Position numbers and translations under genes: made by a program. DNA of 64,000 bases, from positions 2,557 to 66,556 of the forward strand of contig CALMVL010000072.1 of NCBI GenBank assembly GCA_937873265.1, in the 5' to 3' direction. The stretch comes from an uncultured Granulicella sp. (GTDB taxonomy: Bacteria > Acidobacteriota > Terriglobia > Terriglobales > Acidobacteriaceae). Positions 38,701-48,434 of the stretch are shown here, one piece after another. The notes under the pieces are model-generated. The model searched no databases, had not been told where the DNA came from, and saw only the letters and a list, made by a program, of their open reading frames with translations. Each line of letters starts with the position of its first letter. Position 1 is the first letter of the stretch.

Positions 38701-39350
38701 TCGGCGCGCGTTACCTTGTGGTTCTGCTGCTGTTGCTTGGGTCCACCGGTGTTCTGCTCTCGCGGGGCGATACCGATCGCGTACCGATGAGCGCACCGTT
38801 GGCAGAGATGCCGGAGGACATCGGGCAGTGGCACGGGCACGATATCGCGATCGCGGATGACGTCCTGGCCATTCTGGGCAAGGGCGACTTCCTGAATCGG
38901 GTTTACACGTACGGGCCGGGCGGAAATGCGGGCGTGATGCCGATCAGCTTGTTTATCGGCTACTTTGCCACGCAACGGACGGGACAGGCGATTCATTCGC
39001 CGCAAAACTGCTTGCCCGGGGCGGGATGGACGTTTCAAAGTTCGAAGTACGCCACGCTGACGGCGGCAAACGGGAAGAACTTCAACGTTGGGGAGTACAC
39101 CATTGCGAACGGGGATGCCCGACAGTTTGTTTTGTACTGGTATCAGGCTCATGGGCGCAGCATTCCGAACGAGTATGTGTCGAAAGCGTACATGGTCGCG
39201 GACGCAATGCGGCTGCGGCGAACCGATGGTGCGATTGTGCGCGTAATCACCACGATCGCTCCGAACGAAACGCAGGACGAGGCACGGAAGCGGGTCTTCG
39301 CCTTTACGGCCCAGATGGCTCCGTCGCTGCCTCGATTTATACCCAACTAG
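38697..39350 (+). CDS. epsI: Exosortase-associated EpsI-family protein
   Basis: IGQWHG, LFIGYF, IHSPQNCLPGAGW, VLYWYQ, RTDGAIVRV; ATGA overlap with the exosortase. Confidence 0.9.
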   Translation: MIGARYLVVLLLLLGSTGVLLSRGDTDRVPMSAPLAEMPEDIGQWHGHDIAIADDVLAILGKGDFLNRVYTYGPGGNAGVMPISLFIGYFATQRTGQAIHSPQNCLPGAGWTFQSSKYATLTAANGKNFNVGEYTIANGDARQFVLYWYQAHGRSIPNEYVSKAYMVADAMRLRRTDGAIVRVITTIAPNETQDEARKRVFAFTAQMAPSLPRFIPN

Positions 39351-39439
39351 ATAGCGAGCTGTCTGCACGACGGGTTCTCGAGATACGGAAACATGCACCT
39401 GTGCAAGCTAGACCGCGCTAACGAATAAAGGACTGGATC

Positions 39440-41767
39440 GTGATGGAGAAGCACGGAAGAATGTCAGCAACGATGAAACGCAAGGTGGCGAGGGCCGTTC
39501 GCATTGGCCTGTGGAGCACGGTCTTGTCGGCGTCTCTGGTGACGGTGGGCTGTCATCGCGATCCCAACGTGCAGAAGCAGAAGTACCTGGAGAGCGGCAA
39601 GCGGTATTTCAAAGAGGGCAAGTATAAGGAAGCGAGCATTCAGTTTTCGAATGCGCTGCGTGTCGACCACAACTTCGCGGACGCGCATTACCAGCTGGCG
39701 ACAACGTATCTGAAGATGGGTTCGCCGATGCCGGCCTACGCGGAGCTGAGCCGCACCGTTGCTCTCCAGCCCAATAACGTTCCGGCGCGCGTCGATCTCG
39801 GTAACCTGCTTTTGGCGGGCAAGCAGATTGATCGCGCGGGCGATCAGGCCAAGGCGATTCTCGCAATCGACAACAACAACGCCGATGCGTACGCTCTGTT
39901 GTCGGCGGTGGCAGCCGCGCATGGCAATAGTGCCGAGGCGCTCGCGCAGATCCAGCATGCGTTGGCGATCCAGCCGGATCGGGCTTCTTTCCACACCGCG
40001 CTTGGCCTGCTGCAGCTGCGCGACGCGTCGGGAACCGCGCCAGCAGAGGCGGAGCTGCGCAAGTCGATCGCGCTTGATTCGTCGAATGTGACGAGCCATC
40101 TGGTGCTGGCCGCGATTCTCGAACGACGGGGCGATCTGGCCGGAGCGCTTGACCAGCAGAAGCAGGCGGTGGCCGGGGATCGCAAGAATGTGAGCGCTCG
40201 CGCCAGCCTGGCGCAGATGTACCTGCGGCAGAACGACAAAACCAACGCCGAAGCGACGCTGCGGCAGGCCGCGGAGGATCTGCCGGATGACCTGACCGCG
40301 AGTCAGATGCTGGGAACGTACTACCTGCAGACCGGGCAGGGGGACAAAGCGGAGTCCGCCTATGCCGATCTTGCGAGCAAGCACCCGAAGAGCGTGCCGC
40401 TGCGGCTGGCGTATGCGCACATTCTGATGGCGAAAGGAAACACCGACAAAGCCCGCGGAATCGCTGCCGATCTGGCCAAGACCGACAGCTCCGACCCAAA
40501 TGTCGCGATTCTGAATGCGACGCTGCAGATGCGCGACGGCAAGGCGAAGGAAGCATTCGACACGCTGCAAAAGGCGGCCAAGAACAACCCGGAGAACATA
40601 GGCGTCAAAATCTGGCTCGGACGGGCGGCTCTGGCCAAGGGCGACCTGAATACAGCCCAATCCAGTTTCACTGATGCTTCGCGCCTGAGCTCCTCGAATA
40701 TGGAGGTGCAGGACGGTCTGGCGCAGGTGGCGCTTCAGAAGCACGATTCGAGCCTGCTCCGGCAGGTGGGTGAGCAGGCCATCGCGCAGCATCCGCAAGC
40801 CCCAGCGGGGTACATGTGGCGCGGCATGGCCGAGGGAAACTCGCAGGAGTATGACAAGGCTGGCGCCGACTTTCAGCACGTGTTGACGCTCGATGCGAAA
40901 AATCCAACGGCATACCTGGAACTTGGCGTGTTGAAACTGAACGAGAAGCGTTTCGACGAGGCGAAACCGTTGCTGGAGCAGGCTCTGAACGCTGATCCAA
41001 ATCTGGGACGAGCTCTGGCTTTGCTGGTGGATATTGATCTGTCGCAGAAGCAGCCGCAGCGGGCGCTTGACCGCATCCAGGCACAGATCGGCAAATCGCC
41101 CCAGAATGGGGCGATGTACGGCCAGCTTTCCCAGGTGCAGCTGCAGATGGGCAACGCTGCCGGAGCGGCGGACTCTGCCCAGAAAGCCATGCAGCTCAAT
41201 CCCGCGGACAACGGGGCCGTGCTGGCATACAGCCGGGCCGAAATCGCCCAGGGGGACCCGGGCAAAGCCATCGGAGCCTGGCAGCAGTGGCTTTCAGCCC
41301 ATCCTGGAGACGCGCAAGCCGATGCGGTTCTGGGCTCGCTTGAGCAGGCGCAGGGCGACCGCGACAAAGCGATGAGCTACTACAAGGACGCGCTAAAGGT
41401 GCAGCCCGACCAGCCGGTGGCCCAGAATAACCTGGCTTACCTGATGGTCGAGTCGGGGCAGAACCTGGATGTAGCGTTGTCGTTGGCGCAGAGCGCGCAC
41501 CGCAGCATGCCGAATGCTTCCAGCACGGCCGACACACTGGCCTGGGTGTATTACCAGAAGGGTACGTATGGCTCCGCGCGCGATCTATTGGAGGATGCGG
41601 AGAAGGAGGCGCCAAACGACCCGGCCATTCAGTATCACCTGGGCATGACTTACCGGAAGTTGTCCGACGAGTCGGACGCGGTCCTTCACCTGAAAAAGGC
41701 TGCTCAGCTCTCCCCGAACTCCGAGGCGGGTAAGGATGCGCAGAAGGCGTTGGACCAGCATGCCTGA
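39440..41767 (+). CDS. Tetratricopeptide-repeat lipoprotein (PrsT-like)
   Basis: Lipobox-like LVTVGC; TPRs along the whole length; NNLAYL and ADTLAWVYY C-terminal motifs. Confidence 0.88.
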   Translation: MMEKHGRMSATMKRKVARAVRIGLWSTVLSASLVTVGCHRDPNVQKQKYLESGKRYFKEGKYKEASIQFSNALRVDHNFADAHYQLATTYLKMGSPMPAYAELSRTVALQPNNVPARVDLGNLLLAGKQIDRAGDQAKAILAIDNNNADAYALLSAVAAAHGNSAEALAQIQHALAIQPDRASFHTALGLLQLRDASGTAPAEAELRKSIALDSSNVTSHLVLAAILERRGDLAGALDQQKQAVAGDRKNVSARASLAQMYLRQNDKTNAEATLRQAAEDLPDDLTASQMLGTYYLQTGQGDKAESAYADLASKHPKSVPLRLAYAHILMAKGNTDKARGIAADLAKTDSSDPNVAILNATLQMRDGKAKEAFDTLQKAAKNNPENIGVKIWLGRAALAKGDLNTAQSSFTDASRLSSSNMEVQDGLAQVALQKHDSSLLRQVGEQAIAQHPQAPAGYMWRGMAEGNSQEYDKAGADFQHVLTLDAKNPTAYLELGVLKLNEKRFDEAKPLLEQALNADPNLGRALALLVDIDLSQKQPQRALDRIQAQIGKSPQNGAMYGQLSQVQLQMGNAAGAADSAQKAMQLNPADNGAVLAYSRAEIAQGDPGKAIGAWQQWLSAHPGDAQADAVLGSLEQAQGDRDKAMSYYKDALKVQPDQPVAQNNLAYLMVESGQNLDVALSLAQSAHRSMPNASSTADTLAWVYYQKGTYGSARDLLEDAEKEAPNDPAIQYHLGMTYRKLSDESDAVLHLKKAAQLSPNSEAGKDAQKALDQHA

Positions 41768-41824
41768 TGAGAGCCGCAAGGTACGCAAGGTAAAAGACGA
41801 GAGGCCGACCGAGAAAGGGGCCGT

Positions 41825-43564
41825 ATGCCTTTCCGGCCGCTGGCATCTCTAATGGGAACGGCCGTGACATCCCTTCCTGAGATCGCGGACCAGGCTGAGG
41901 AGCGTGGTTCTCCGGGAGGTGCGCGGTGGCTGCGTTGGCGCGATCGGGCCGTCCCTTTGCTGGTCATCACGGCCATTCTTCTGGTTTTGCTGCACGGGAT
42001 CCGCCGTGGAGAGTTCAGCTACAACGTAGACGAGACACAGCACGCGTGTACCGGCCAGTTTGTCGCCGATCTGATCCGCGACCATCCGCTGCGTCATCCC
42101 GTGGCCTACACCTACCTCTACTACGTGCACTATCCCGCGCTCAGCGGCGTGCTGCACTGGCCGCCTCTGTTTTATGTCTGGGAGGGACTGGTGTTTCTGC
42201 TGTTCGGATCGTCGGTGGTTACGGCACGTCTCGCGGTTCTGGCGCTGGCTGCTGTTGCGCTCTGGTTCTGGTTCCGGATGTTGGAGCGACTTCAGTCGCG
42301 TACAGCGGCCGTGGCCGGCACGGTTTTGCTGGCATTCTGCCCGTCATTTCTGCTGTTTGAACGCACGGTGATGCTGGAAATCCCGACAGTTGCTCTGTGC
42401 CTTGCGGCGACGTTCTGTTGGGTTCAGTTTCTGCGGAACGGAAGGGACAAGGACCTTCTCTGGTTCGCTTCGCTGGCTGCCGCGGCTATGCTTACGAAGC
42501 AGAACGCGGTGTACCTGCCCGTCTTCTGCGTCATGACGCTGACCGTGCTTCGTCAGTGGAAGCTGCTCTGGCGGCGAGCCAGCCTTGGAGCGCTCGCTCT
42601 GGCCGTGGCGATCGCAGGACCTTTCTACGGTCTCGTTTCAATGCTGCATTGGTCGAGCATCCAGGGGGATTTGGCGGAGAAGCACAGCAGCGTGTGGGCG
42701 CAGCTTGCGTTCTACCCCCGCGTGCTGCCGGCGCTGCTCGGATGGCCATTGCTGGCCATGTCGCTCGTGGGACTTCTGACGTGCTGGCTTTGGGATCGAC
42801 GAGAGAACACCACCCTGTTCCTTTGCTGGGGGTTGTCGGTGTATGTCGCGATGACCGCGATCGGCCACAAAGAACCGCGATATGTCCTGTATCTGGTTCC
42901 GGCTGTTCTCTATTTTTCCCTGTGGCCGCTGAGCATGCGTGGATCGTGGCCGCGGATCGCCGGGATGGCTGCGATCGGTTTGTTGCTTGTGAGCTCCGCC
43001 GTGCATGCCTGGCGCAGCGAGCGACCGTATGTGACCGGCTACGCCGACGCCGCTCGCGGCTTAGCGAAGATCTCCGATGGCGGAGTCATTCTGGTGGACA
43101 CAAAAATTCCGGCAAACCTGATCTTTTTTGTGCGGAACGAAGATCCGGCAAGGCGCTACGTTCTGCTGCGTAAGGCGCTGTATTCGGTACGCATCAAAGA
43201 GGAGCTCGGCGGCGAGGAGTACGTCCATACGCCGGCGGACCTCAAGCAGCTGCTTATTCAGGACGGTATCCGCTTTCTCATTGTTTCCAATCGACCACCG
43301 GAGCCCTTTCCAGTGGCGGGGGTCTTGCGGCAGATGCTGCGGACTCCGCAGTTTCGGTTGGTGAAGAGCTTTCCGGTCGAGGGCAACAGCCCCGAGTGGG
43401 CAAACTATTCGCTGGAGCTCTACGAAAATCTGGATGCAGGACCTCCGACATCGCCGTACCTGCGCACGCCGATGATGACGCTTGATCACGATATCGAAAC
43501 TCCGTTCTCTGAGCTGGGAATCCCTCTCACGCCGGCTGTTACGCAACCTCCTCCCGTTCGGTAA
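41825..43564 (+). CDS. GT-C membrane glycosyltransferase (ArnT/PMT_2-like)
   Basis: YNVDETQH, HWPPLFY, VMLEIP, MLTKQ, KEPRYVL; ~11-13 TMs plus a soluble C-terminal domain. Confidence 0.82.
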   Translation: MPFRPLASLMGTAVTSLPEIADQAEERGSPGGARWLRWRDRAVPLLVITAILLVLLHGIRRGEFSYNVDETQHACTGQFVADLIRDHPLRHPVAYTYLYYVHYPALSGVLHWPPLFYVWEGLVFLLFGSSVVTARLAVLALAAVALWFWFRMLERLQSRTAAVAGTVLLAFCPSFLLFERTVMLEIPTVALCLAATFCWVQFLRNGRDKDLLWFASLAAAAMLTKQNAVYLPVFCVMTLTVLRQWKLLWRRASLGALALAVAIAGPFYGLVSMLHWSSIQGDLAEKHSSVWAQLAFYPRVLPALLGWPLLAMSLVGLLTCWLWDRRENTTLFLCWGLSVYVAMTAIGHKEPRYVLYLVPAVLYFSLWPLSMRGSWPRIAGMAAIGLLLVSSAVHAWRSERPYVTGYADAARGLAKISDGGVILVDTKIPANLIFFVRNEDPARRYVLLRKALYSVRIKEELGGEEYVHTPADLKQLLIQDGIRFLIVSNRPPEPFPVAGVLRQMLRTPQFRLVKSFPVEGNSPEWANYSLELYENLDAGPPTSPYLRTPMMTLDHDIETPFSELGIPLTPAVTQPPPVR

Positions 43565-43602
43565 GCAGAAGGTCGCCGCGAGTGAGGCGACCTTCCTGCT
43601 TG
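43564..43602. terminator. Bidirectional terminator-like hairpin between convergent genes
   Basis: AAGCAGAAGGTCGCC-N8-GGCGACCTTCCTGCTT. Confidence 0.7.
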
Positions 43603-43616
43603 CGGTTTGCACAGGT

Positions 43617-46600
43617 TCAGAAGCAGCTGGTCTGGCCGACGCCAGATGTTCCCGTGATACTGGGGATCAGGCTGATGGTCTGTTGGAGCGAGTCAGTCGC
43701 TCCCAGGTTTGGGTTTGAGGTGCGGGGGACGGCGAAATCCAGGCCAGGCAGATACGCGGACCGCGCCGGCATGGCGCAGATTGCGTTGGGCAGGGGATCG
43801 CCCGCCGGCTCGCTCGAACTCAGGAGAAAGGATGCAGCATCAAATGGTTGTGTGGCGGTGGTGAGCAGATTCGCGCTTGTGAAGCCGGTGAGGTGAGACG
43901 CGAGATGCTGGGCGTTTTGGTACGCAGCCCCTGATGTGTCCCAGCCAGTTCCGGCTCCGCCGTTCTGGTCGTTGGTTCCCCAGCCTGCGGGCAGCAGATT
44001 CAGCCCAGCCCTTCCAATGAAGGCGGAGTTGTTGTTCCAGAAGAACTGCGGCCGGCTTGAGGCGTCCATCCAGAGGACGTTATCAAAGACCTGGACGTTG
44101 TCGTACTCCACCTGGGGCAGGTATGTTCCATTGCCGGCGCTCGTATCGAAGAGCACCCATGGAGCCGCGCCGCATGCGGCGCAATGTGTGCGGTTGTAGG
44201 TGTTGTGATACCAGAAGAGCGATCCCTTGCGCGCGCCTTCGCCGCCGTCGGTATCCTCCCCGAAGTGGATGGCCGAGGTGGAGGTGCTGTCCTGGTAAAG
44301 GTTGCCGTAGACGAAATGCGCGTTCCAGGCCTCCTGCTCGGCCGCGATCTGGTCGGCAGGGTACACGTTGTCGGAACCGATGGCTGCGGTGAGGTCGGCA
44401 TCCGCCAGAAAGGCGGCAAACGACATGAAGGGCAGGGCATCGTGCACGTCAACCAGGTCCATCTGCAGCGCCGGTCCGTCACCCAGGAGATTGTAGCGGA
44501 GCACATCGCCGATGCCGCGCGACTGGATGTTGGCTCCGAGCGCGCCGGCCGGGAAACCGTCAATCAGGTTGAACTGCACGACGTTGTTCCAGCCCTCCAG
44601 CGAGAGCTGACCGCCGGCGTTCGATCCGGCGACGCCGTTTCCGTGGAGGTGATTGCCTTCCCAGAGCGTGTTCAGGTCGGAGGCACCCCAGCCGTTGCTG
44701 GCGACCCAGCTACTTCGGCCGCCGAGACTGCAATTACCAAGGTCATCGCCGACGATCGCAACGTTCTGCGCCTCCGTGATCGCAAGGCAGGCCGAAGCGT
44801 TGCTCCACGACGCGCCCGAGCCGTCTGAAGAGGTGTATGTCGTTGCGCTGCTTGCGTTTCGGATCTGCAGGCCTTCAATCTGGATGTTTGCCGGCCCGGT
44901 AAAATCCGGCCATCTGGCGGAGGCGCTCGGATTGTGAAGGGTGATCAATCCGGCAGGAGCGCTCTGGCCGCCGGTGGCATCGGTCCCGTCCAGGATGGGC
45001 AGTAGGCCCGTGCTATCCGGGACACCACAGATGCGCAGCGGTTGGTCCGGTGTTGCGTTCGTCGAGACCTGAAGGAACTCGTGGTAGGTGGTCGGATTTG
45101 CGCCGGAGGTGTCCTCATTGTGGACGCGGATCGTCGACCCGGGGGAGACGGTGGCGAGCGGCAGATCCTGGAGGCGGTGATACGGCTGTGATGGTCCGAC
45201 GTCGTACACCTGGCCGACCAGCGATGGATCGACGGTGCAGTCCACGGGCTCAGTCCCAAGCGCGGTCGCTCGGTAAGGCATGCTGTTGCCAGTCACGTAG
45301 AGGATGGCGTTCGCACTTTGCGAAGGGGTTGCGAGACTCGTTGCCGTCAATGTGTACCGGCCAGGAACGGTGGCGTAGAACACAGCGTCGCGCAGCGTGC
45401 TGTCCACCAGGAAGCCATCACCGCCACGTGGTTGCGCGGTCAGGGTCCAACGTACGTTGGTGTCGGTGTTTCCCAGAACAAAACTCTGGAGATCCGCAGG
45501 CTGCCCCGCGTAGAGGGTCCGATACGCCGGAACGACGCTCACCTGCGTGGCCGGATTGCAGACGTTGAACGGCACATCGGTGGATTGGCTCGGATCGTCG
45601 ACCGAGGTGGCGCGCACAGTAAAGGTGGTCGCTGAGGAGATCCCGTAGCCGGACGTCGTGCTGACGTACTGGCAGGAGCTGCCCGAGGCCGGTGCAGTGA
45701 CGTCGATCCATGACCCCGACGCCGCAGACAGCCTGGCAGAGCCTGACGTGAGCGACCACGCGACCTGATCTGTGCTGCCGTTCGTGACGGTGGCAAAAAT
45801 TCTTCGCACGGAGCCCGGAATGACATTGAAGCCGTACTGCGGCCGCGCCACGGAGATTGCCACCGTTGGTTGAGCGGCGACGGTCACCGAGGTGGTGTTC
45901 GAGAGAGCGGACGTGTACGTCTCGTCGCCCGAGTAGCTCGCCGTTGCCGCGAACAGACCGGCGCTGGCGAAGCTCACGGTCGCGGTTGCTACACCGGAGA
46001 CGACCGATGCCTGCACGGTGTTGCCAGCGTAGGAGAAGGTAACGACGCCGGTGGGAACGTCGGCAGTGCTGCCGGAGATCGTTGCGCTCAGCACAACGCT
46101 CTGGCCGGCAAGAACCGAAGCGGGTGTTGCCGTGAGCGTGGCCTCGACAGTGGTCGTCGCGATCGACGATGGACCGACGGAGACATTTGGGCCTGAGTAC
46201 ATCAGGGCGCCGATCGTTGGAGAGGAGCCCCGGGACACTCCGAGAAAGTCGACCGTCAAACCGGGAATGGCGACACCTTTGCCGATGGCGTTGGTACTCG
46301 CCGCGGTGAGGGCGAAGTTCACCGAGTCGAAGGACGTTTCGTCGTTCGGAACACCGTTTCGGAAGCTCGGTTCCCCCTTGAGATGGGGGTCTTGGCAGCT
46401 GCTTCCGGTTTCTGCGGGGCAGGCGCGCATGTTGTAGTAGATATTGTGATCGACGATGCTGAACCGGGGCCTGCTGTCACCGTCTGTTCCCGTCGGGGGT
46501 AGCTCGCCGTAGTGGTACGTCGGCACCACGTAGGGGTACCCCACCATGAGATTGTTCTCGAAGACAATGTTTGGCGTGTTGCAGTCGGTGGTCGGTGCGG

Positions 46601-47906
46601 AGACAAACGTGTCTGTGCAACTGCCCGATTCGAACATGGCGTCGCCCGCGTAACCGAGAAAATCGTTGTTCTGCCAGCGATAGCTGCCGCCGCCGCCGTT
46701 GTCGCCTCGTTGCACCATGACCACGCCCGCCTGCGCGCGGCAGAAGTCACTGAGTCCGGCATTCCACCCGGCCGGAGCGCCCGGCATCGCGGCCGACATC
46801 CGCTTGCAGTTCGTGAGGAAGAGATTGTTCGTGACGCTCGTACTCGCCATTGGACCCAGCTTGAGCTGCTGGCCCATGTTGCCGTAAAAACTCGACGTCG
46901 TCACCGTGATGTTGCTTCCGGTGGTGTGCAGCAGATCGAGGCCGTCCTGCGTGTTGTAGCGGACGATCGAATGGTCTACGGCGAAGTTGATCTGCGTATC
47001 CGGTGTGCCGACGCCATCGCCATAGCCTCCGTTGTTGTCGTCGTAGCAGTAGGCCGCCGGGAAGGTATGCGCGATGGGGTACTCCTCAACACACCCATTC
47101 CCCTCGATCGTGACGTACGACCAGTTCATCTGCCCATTGACGCTTTTTGTGCCGAACCCGTCGTCGAAGTTCCAGCCCGACCCGCCATTGAAGGCAACGC
47201 GTACCCGTGTCGCGGTGACCACGCCTCCAACCGGACCAACAATGCCGTTGTCCCGCAGGCCGTGTATGTCGAGATCCTGCAAGAGAATGTCGTGCGTGTT
47301 CTGATTGGTCAGAATGCCTGATTTCGCATAATCGTCGATGATCGCGCTGTTGCAGGCGACCGGCTTGCGGATGCCCGCGGTTGTGCATTGCGAGTGATCC
47401 GTGATCTCGAGGCATTGCAGCTGCACGTGGTTCGTGTCGCGCAGGCTAAAGATGCCGTTAACGGTGTACCCGCCGAAGAGCTGCGTCTTTGTGGTGCAGT
47501 TGGCATAGTTTTCGCCGCGGATGGACGTCGGCTGGGCCGCTGTACCAGCCGGCGGCGGAGGAATGAATGCGTTATCGGACGAGCATCCGTTGCCAAACTG
47601 CTGGCAGCTGACGCCGCTGTTTTGCCCGATACGCCACGGGCCGCCTCGCAGCAAAACCGTGTCGCCGCCGGCGATCACCCAGGCATACGGCTGATTGGTG
47701 CCGTCGCTGAAGAGATACCGTGGGTCGCTGAGGGCGCAGGGCTGATTGACGCCGGATCCTGGATACGCCGCGTCGGTGGTTCCGTTGCACTGGCCGGATG
47801 GAATGGAACCCGAGTACCGCGTTCCGCCGTCCGGGCGGACATACCAGGTCTTTGCCCAGGCGGGCACGGAAAGCATCACCAACAGTGTAAAAAGAAAAGC
47901 CTTCAT
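43617..47906 (-). CDS. Large secreted protein: beta-helix / Ig-like repeats / second beta-helix
   Basis: Signal peptide MKAFLFTLLVMLSVPAWA; KTWYVRPDG, GGDTVLLRGG, IHGLRDNGI, YNTQDGLDL; Ig-like ASYSGDETY; second module YDVGP...PGSTIRVH, WEGNHLHGNG; AAGGA RBS. Confidence 0.8.
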   Translation of the reverse strand: MKAFLFTLLVMLSVPAWAKTWYVRPDGGTRYSGSIPSGQCNGTTDAAYPGSGVNQPCALSDPRYLFSDGTNQPYAWVIAGGDTVLLRGGPWRIGQNSGVSCQQFGNGCSSDNAFIPPPPAGTAAQPTSIRGENYANCTTKTQLFGGYTVNGIFSLRDTNHVQLQCLEITDHSQCTTAGIRKPVACNSAIIDDYAKSGILTNQNTHDILLQDLDIHGLRDNGIVGPVGGVVTATRVRVAFNGGSGWNFDDGFGTKSVNGQMNWSYVTIEGNGCVEEYPIAHTFPAAYCYDDNNGGYGDGVGTPDTQINFAVDHSIVRYNTQDGLDLLHTTGSNITVTTSSFYGNMGQQLKLGPMASTSVTNNLFLTNCKRMSAAMPGAPAGWNAGLSDFCRAQAGVVMVQRGDNGGGGSYRWQNNDFLGYAGDAMFESGSCTDTFVSAPTTDCNTPNIVFENNLMVGYPYVVPTYHYGELPPTGTDGDSRPRFSIVDHNIYYNMRACPAETGSSCQDPHLKGEPSFRNGVPNDETSFDSVNFALTAASTNAIGKGVAIPGLTVDFLGVSRGSSPTIGALMYSGPNVSVGPSSIATTTVEATLTATPASVLAGQSVVLSATISGSTADVPTGVVTFSYAGNTVQASVVSGVATATVSFASAGLFAATASYSGDETYTSALSNTTSVTVAAQPTVAISVARPQYGFNVIPGSVRRIFATVTNGSTDQVAWSLTSGSARLSAASGSWIDVTAPASGSSCQYVSTTSGYGISSATTFTVRATSVDDPSQSTDVPFNVCNPATQVSVVPAYRTLYAGQPADLQSFVLGNTDTNVRWTLTAQPRGGDGFLVDSTLRDAVFYATVPGRYTLTATSLATPSQSANAILYVTGNSMPYRATALGTEPVDCTVDPSLVGQVYDVGPSQPYHRLQDLPLATVSPGSTIRVHNEDTSGANPTTYHEFLQVSTNATPDQPLRICGVPDSTGLLPILDGTDATGGQSAPAGLITLHNPSASARWPDFTGPANIQIEGLQIRNASSATTYTSSDGSGASWSNASACLAITEAQNVAIVGDDLGNCSLGGRSSWVASNGWGASDLNTLWEGNHLHGNGVAGSNAGGQLSLEGWNNVVQFNLIDGFPAGALGANIQSRGIGDVLRYNLLGDGPALQMDLVDVHDALPFMSFAAFLADADLTAAIGSDNVYPADQIAAEQEAWNAHFVYGNLYQDSTSTSAIHFGEDTDGGEGARKGSLFWYHNTYNRTHCAACGAAPWVLFDTSAGNGTYLPQVEYDNVQVFDNVLWMDASSRPQFFWNNNSAFIGRAGLNLLPAGWGTNDQNGGAGTGWDTSGAAYQNAQHLASHLTGFTSANLLTTATQPFDAASFLLSSSEPAGDPLPNAICAMPARSAYLPGLDFAVPRTSNPNLGATDSLQQTISLIPSITGTSGVGQTSCF

Positions 47907-48434
47907 AACCTTGATCCTTCTCTATGTACGTAAATGGAACTCCTCGGGGAGTTCGCAAAGAAACTGTCGCGTTTAAATCGCAGTAAGTTAGCACCCGCAC
48001 GCTGAATCCGCACAGAGATCCTCGATACGGAACTCGTGCCGTGAGTTGGTGCGACCACATGCAAAAAGGGTTTGAAATGTAGCAGGCGAGAACGTAACGA
48101 AAGCTGAACGCAACAGAGATCTGCACCGTTCCCAAAGAACTCGAAAGAGCGCGACGACCCTACTTGATTGAGCCGTCGCTTACCGCCCGAAGCTCTTCGG
48201 GCACTTAGTACAGGCGAAGAGCTAACGTTTAGTAAGTGTGCGGAGAGTCTGTCGTTGATGTGCAAATCTGTGAAGCCCCGGTGCGTGACTGAGTTGCGAG
48301 TTCCAGGGCAGAGCAGAAAGTGGTACGTGAGGCGTTGGAGCAGTTCAAGACGTTCGCAGAACTTCATTATGACACAGCAGGTCGTTCCCGCAAGGGAGGG
48401 AGGCTAAGTTGCTGCGGTGCTATACTCTGCCCCG

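Noticed and set aside
48026-48041. Sigma-54 promoter for the beta-helix gene (minus strand CGGCACGAGTTCCGTA)
   Set aside because: The -24 element is good, but the -12 element lacks the conserved GC; too weak to call.
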